Positions 61,844-64,000 of a DNA stretch of 64,000 nucleotides are shown here, piece after piece (within the stretch, counting starts at the first letter, position 1; each line of letters begins with the position of its first letter). The DNA comes from Marispirochaeta sp. (GTDB lineage: Bacteria > Spirochaetota > Spirochaetia > JC444 > Marispirochaetaceae), in the NCBI GenBank assembly GCA_963676835.2, contig CAXXFF010000002.1:608001-672000 (forward strand). The letters are read 5' to 3'. The notes below the pieces were generated by a model. It was not told where the DNA came from and made no database searches. It saw only the letters and a list, made by a program, of their open reading frames with translations. The position numbers and the translations under genes are program-made.

Positions 61844-62955
61844 TCCTGCTGCTCTTCCTCTTTTTCTGATTTCTCCGAATCAAGGCGGACCATGTGTTTC
61901 TGTATATGCTTGTTTGTATAGTGAATAAAGGTAAAAAACAGACTGACTATTACTACGGCATTTAAAAACAGCAGCGTACCCAGTTCCTGTGAGTGCAGAG
62001 TCAATGATACTGCAATTGCACAGAGGCTGAACTGAAGAAAGTAAATTATTCCCAGAAGGCTTTTGCTGGTGAAGCCAAGATTCAGTAGCTTGTGATGGAT
62101 ATGTCCCCGGTCAGGTGAGAAGATACTCTTCTTGTCCCGCAGGCGTCTCCAGATTGCAGCAATAGTATCACTGATAGGGATTGCAAGTATTACCATTGCA
62201 TGGGCCAGTGAAATGCTGGTTCTCGCATCACCCTCTCCCTGGTCTATCAGGGGTAGAACGGCAACCATAAATCCCAGAAACTGGCTGCCGCCGTCGCCCA
62301 TAAAGAGTTTTGCCGGTGGCAGGTTGAATACAAGAAAGCCGCAGATTGCACCGGTAAGGGTAAAACTGCCCAGCGCTGCCTGATAATTGCCTTTCATCAG
62401 AAACAGTATGCCGAAGGTCGCAGCAGAGAAAGCCATAAGTCCGCCGGCAAGACCGTCGGAGCCGTCAATCATATTAACCGCGTTTATAACACCGATAATC
62501 CAGAACAGGGTTAAGGGGTAACTGAACCAGCCGAAATTGATTGAATCAGGGACAAAGGGGAGTCCAAGTTTTTTGAAGGTGAAGTTTGCTATAAGTACCA
62601 AAAGTGCGGCAACCAGCTGAATAATAATCTTGTTGTGAGCATGCAGGTTGCGCAGATCATCGATAACGCCGAAGGTAAAAATAATAAGCCCTGCAATCAT
62701 TACCAGGAAAAATCTGAAACCCCACGATTCGGGACCCAGGTGAGCATTTCGCAGCACAAAGGTAAAAATGCCTACGGTAATTGAAAATGCAATAAAAAAT
62801 CCAAGCCCTCCAAGGCGTGAAACCTGTCCGGAATGGATTTTGCGGTGGTCCGGATCATCATACCACCCCATTTTGTGAGACAGTTTGACAATCAAAGGCA
62901 TGGAAATGAGGGCGAGTATAAATGCCGTTAGCGGCGATAGTATCAGGCTATACAT
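61840..62955 (-). CDS. wecA: WecA/TagO (MraY family) undecaprenyl-phosphate sugar-1-phosphate transferase
   Basis: RKIH....RLGGL, GVIDD, NAVNMIDG.DGL, FMGDGGS, DRGHIHHKL. Confidence 0.9.
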   Translation of the reverse strand: MYSLILSPLTAFILALISMPLIVKLSHKMGWYDDPDHRKIHSGQVSRLGGLGFFIAFSITVGIFTFVLRNAHLGPESWGFRFFLVMIAGLIIFTFGVIDDLRNLHAHNKIIIQLVAALLVLIANFTFKKLGLPFVPDSINFGWFSYPLTLFWIIGVINAVNMIDGSDGLAGGLMAFSAATFGILFLMKGNYQAALGSFTLTGAICGFLVFNLPPAKLFMGDGGSQFLGFMVAVLPLIDQGEGDARTSISLAHAMVILAIPISDTIAAIWRRLRDKKSIFSPDRGHIHHKLLNLGFTSKSLLGIIYFLQFSLCAIAVSLTLHSQELGTLLFLNAVVIVSLFFTFIHYTNKHIQKHMVRLDSEKSEKEEEQQD

Positions 62956-62966
62956 GAAATTTCCTT

Positions 62967-64000
62967 CTATTCCTTTAACACAATATCGGCCGTTTGAAGG
63001 TACTTGTTAATAACTATCTGCTCATCATACTTATCTATTATCATTTCACGGGATGCGGTTCCCATTTTGTCTATTTCATCACTGGAAAGTTGAAGCATCA
63101 GTTCCATTTTTTGTGCAAGATCCTGCCAGTCTGCCGGACGGCAAAGAAAACCATTTATACCATCCATAACAGGCTCCCGTGTTCCGACAGAATCCGCGGC
63201 TATCAGGGGCTTAGCCATGGATGCTGCTTCAAGCAGGGACCGTGGAGTTCCTTCTCTGTATTTAGACGGCAGCACGCAGCAGTCTGCCTGGGCAATGGCA
63301 AGCTGTATATTATCTGTTGGTCCCGGGAGCTCAATTATCTTTTCTTCTGCAGCACTTTTCAACAGATTGATGTCGGCAGAATAAGGATCGTTGCTGTTGT
63401 AGGGTCCGACCAGCACAAAGCGTACCTCAGGAAAAGAGGGTTTTAGCCTTCGGGCTGCTTGTACAAAATCTTCAACTCCTTTTGATTTCAATAGTCGGCC
63501 GATAAACATAAAGCAAAATGGTCCTTCGGGGCGGGGTATAGGTTTAAACCGCTCAGGATCAACACCTGAACCTGGAAGCAGATCTGCCTGCTCTTTTCTG
63601 ATCAGATTACTTTCAAGAAAAAGGGCCATATCGTCTTTATTTTGAAAAAATACCCGGTTTACTCTGGAAAAAGCAGTTCTGTAGAGTCCTTTGACAAGCT
63701 CCTGCATCAGACCAGGTTTTTCGAAGACTGTTCCGAGACCGGTTATGTTATTAACAACCGGAATCCGAAGTTTTTTTGCTGCAAGTGACCCGTAAATGTT
63801 GGGTTTAATTGTGTATTGGAGAATCAGTGAAGGCTTGAGCTCCCGGTATATCCGGCGATACTGCATGAGGGTTGCGAAATCTTTTAATGGATTGATACCT
63901 TTTGCGTCAATACTGATGTTCTGGTATCCCAATCCCATGTCTGTGAGCTTTTCTGTATATTCATCCCGGGGTGCTACAATAGTGATTCTATAGCCCCTGG
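62967..64000 (-). CDS. GT4 family glycosyltransferase (CapM/PglA-like), 5' end beyond the window
   Basis: YTIKPNIYG, ITGLG, FQN.DD, PGSGVD, REGTPRSLLEA; frame stays open to the window edge (RGYRITIVAPRDEY). Confidence 0.92.
   Translation of the reverse strand, partial: RGYRITIVAPRDEYTEKLTDMGLGYQNISIDAKGINPLKDFATLMQYRRIYRELKPSLILQYTIKPNIYGSLAAKKLRIPVVNNITGLGTVFEKPGLMQELVKGLYRTAFSRVNRVFFQNKDDMALFLESNLIRKEQADLLPGSGVDPERFKPIPRPEGPFCFMFIGRLLKSKGVEDFVQAARRLKPSFPEVRFVLVGPYNSNDPYSADINLLKSAAEEKIIELPGPTDNIQLAIAQADCCVLPSKYREGTPRSLLEAASMAKPLIAADSVGTREPVMDGINGFLCRPADWQDLAQKMELMLQLSSDEIDKMGTASREMIIDKYDEQIVINKYLQTADIVLKE

Noticed and set aside
61668..61928. 86-aa ORF after hicA
   Set aside because: Out of frame with the epimerase remnant, overlaps wecA, no motif

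Overview
Chromosomal origin region of a bacterium, probably a spirochaete (L34 tail [10 protein letters not shown] and the gene order). Bases 1-10.5 kb hold gyrA (partial) and gyrB divergent from dnaA-dnaN-recF-dciA-rpmH-rnpA-yidD-yidC-jag. DnaA boxes lie on both sides of dnaA, and a B. subtilis-like box/DnaA-trio/AT unwinding element precedes dnaN. Next come methyl-cycle genes (ahcY, metK, a PfkB adenosine-kinase-like gene, metF) and a ~49 kb surface-glycan locus. The locus encodes two sulfotransferases with cysQ-cysD-cysNC, ugd, rmlACDB, a PglK-like ABC flippase, CDP-3,6-dideoxyhexose genes plus a ThDP enzyme (branched sugar), a Gtr-like triad and a legionaminic acid pathway with an elaABC-like tail. 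It also has two more NeuB/NeuA (Kdn-like) modules, an unusual NTase/NDK-like/kinase-like fusion, glycosyltransferases and wecA. Small nuclease or toxin genes are interspersed (GxxExxY, Uma2, HicBA). Most notable: a GxxExxY gene bracketed by two copies of a 9-bp-periodic hairpin repeat; a hicBA cassette followed by a duplicated 3' end of the upstream epimerase gene; the tri-domain kinase fusion; an 8-bp tandem repeat in the ahcY leader; and a degenerate NeuB. No tRNA, rRNA, CRISPR array or transposase was recognised. All calls are by-eye motif recognition; no searches were run.
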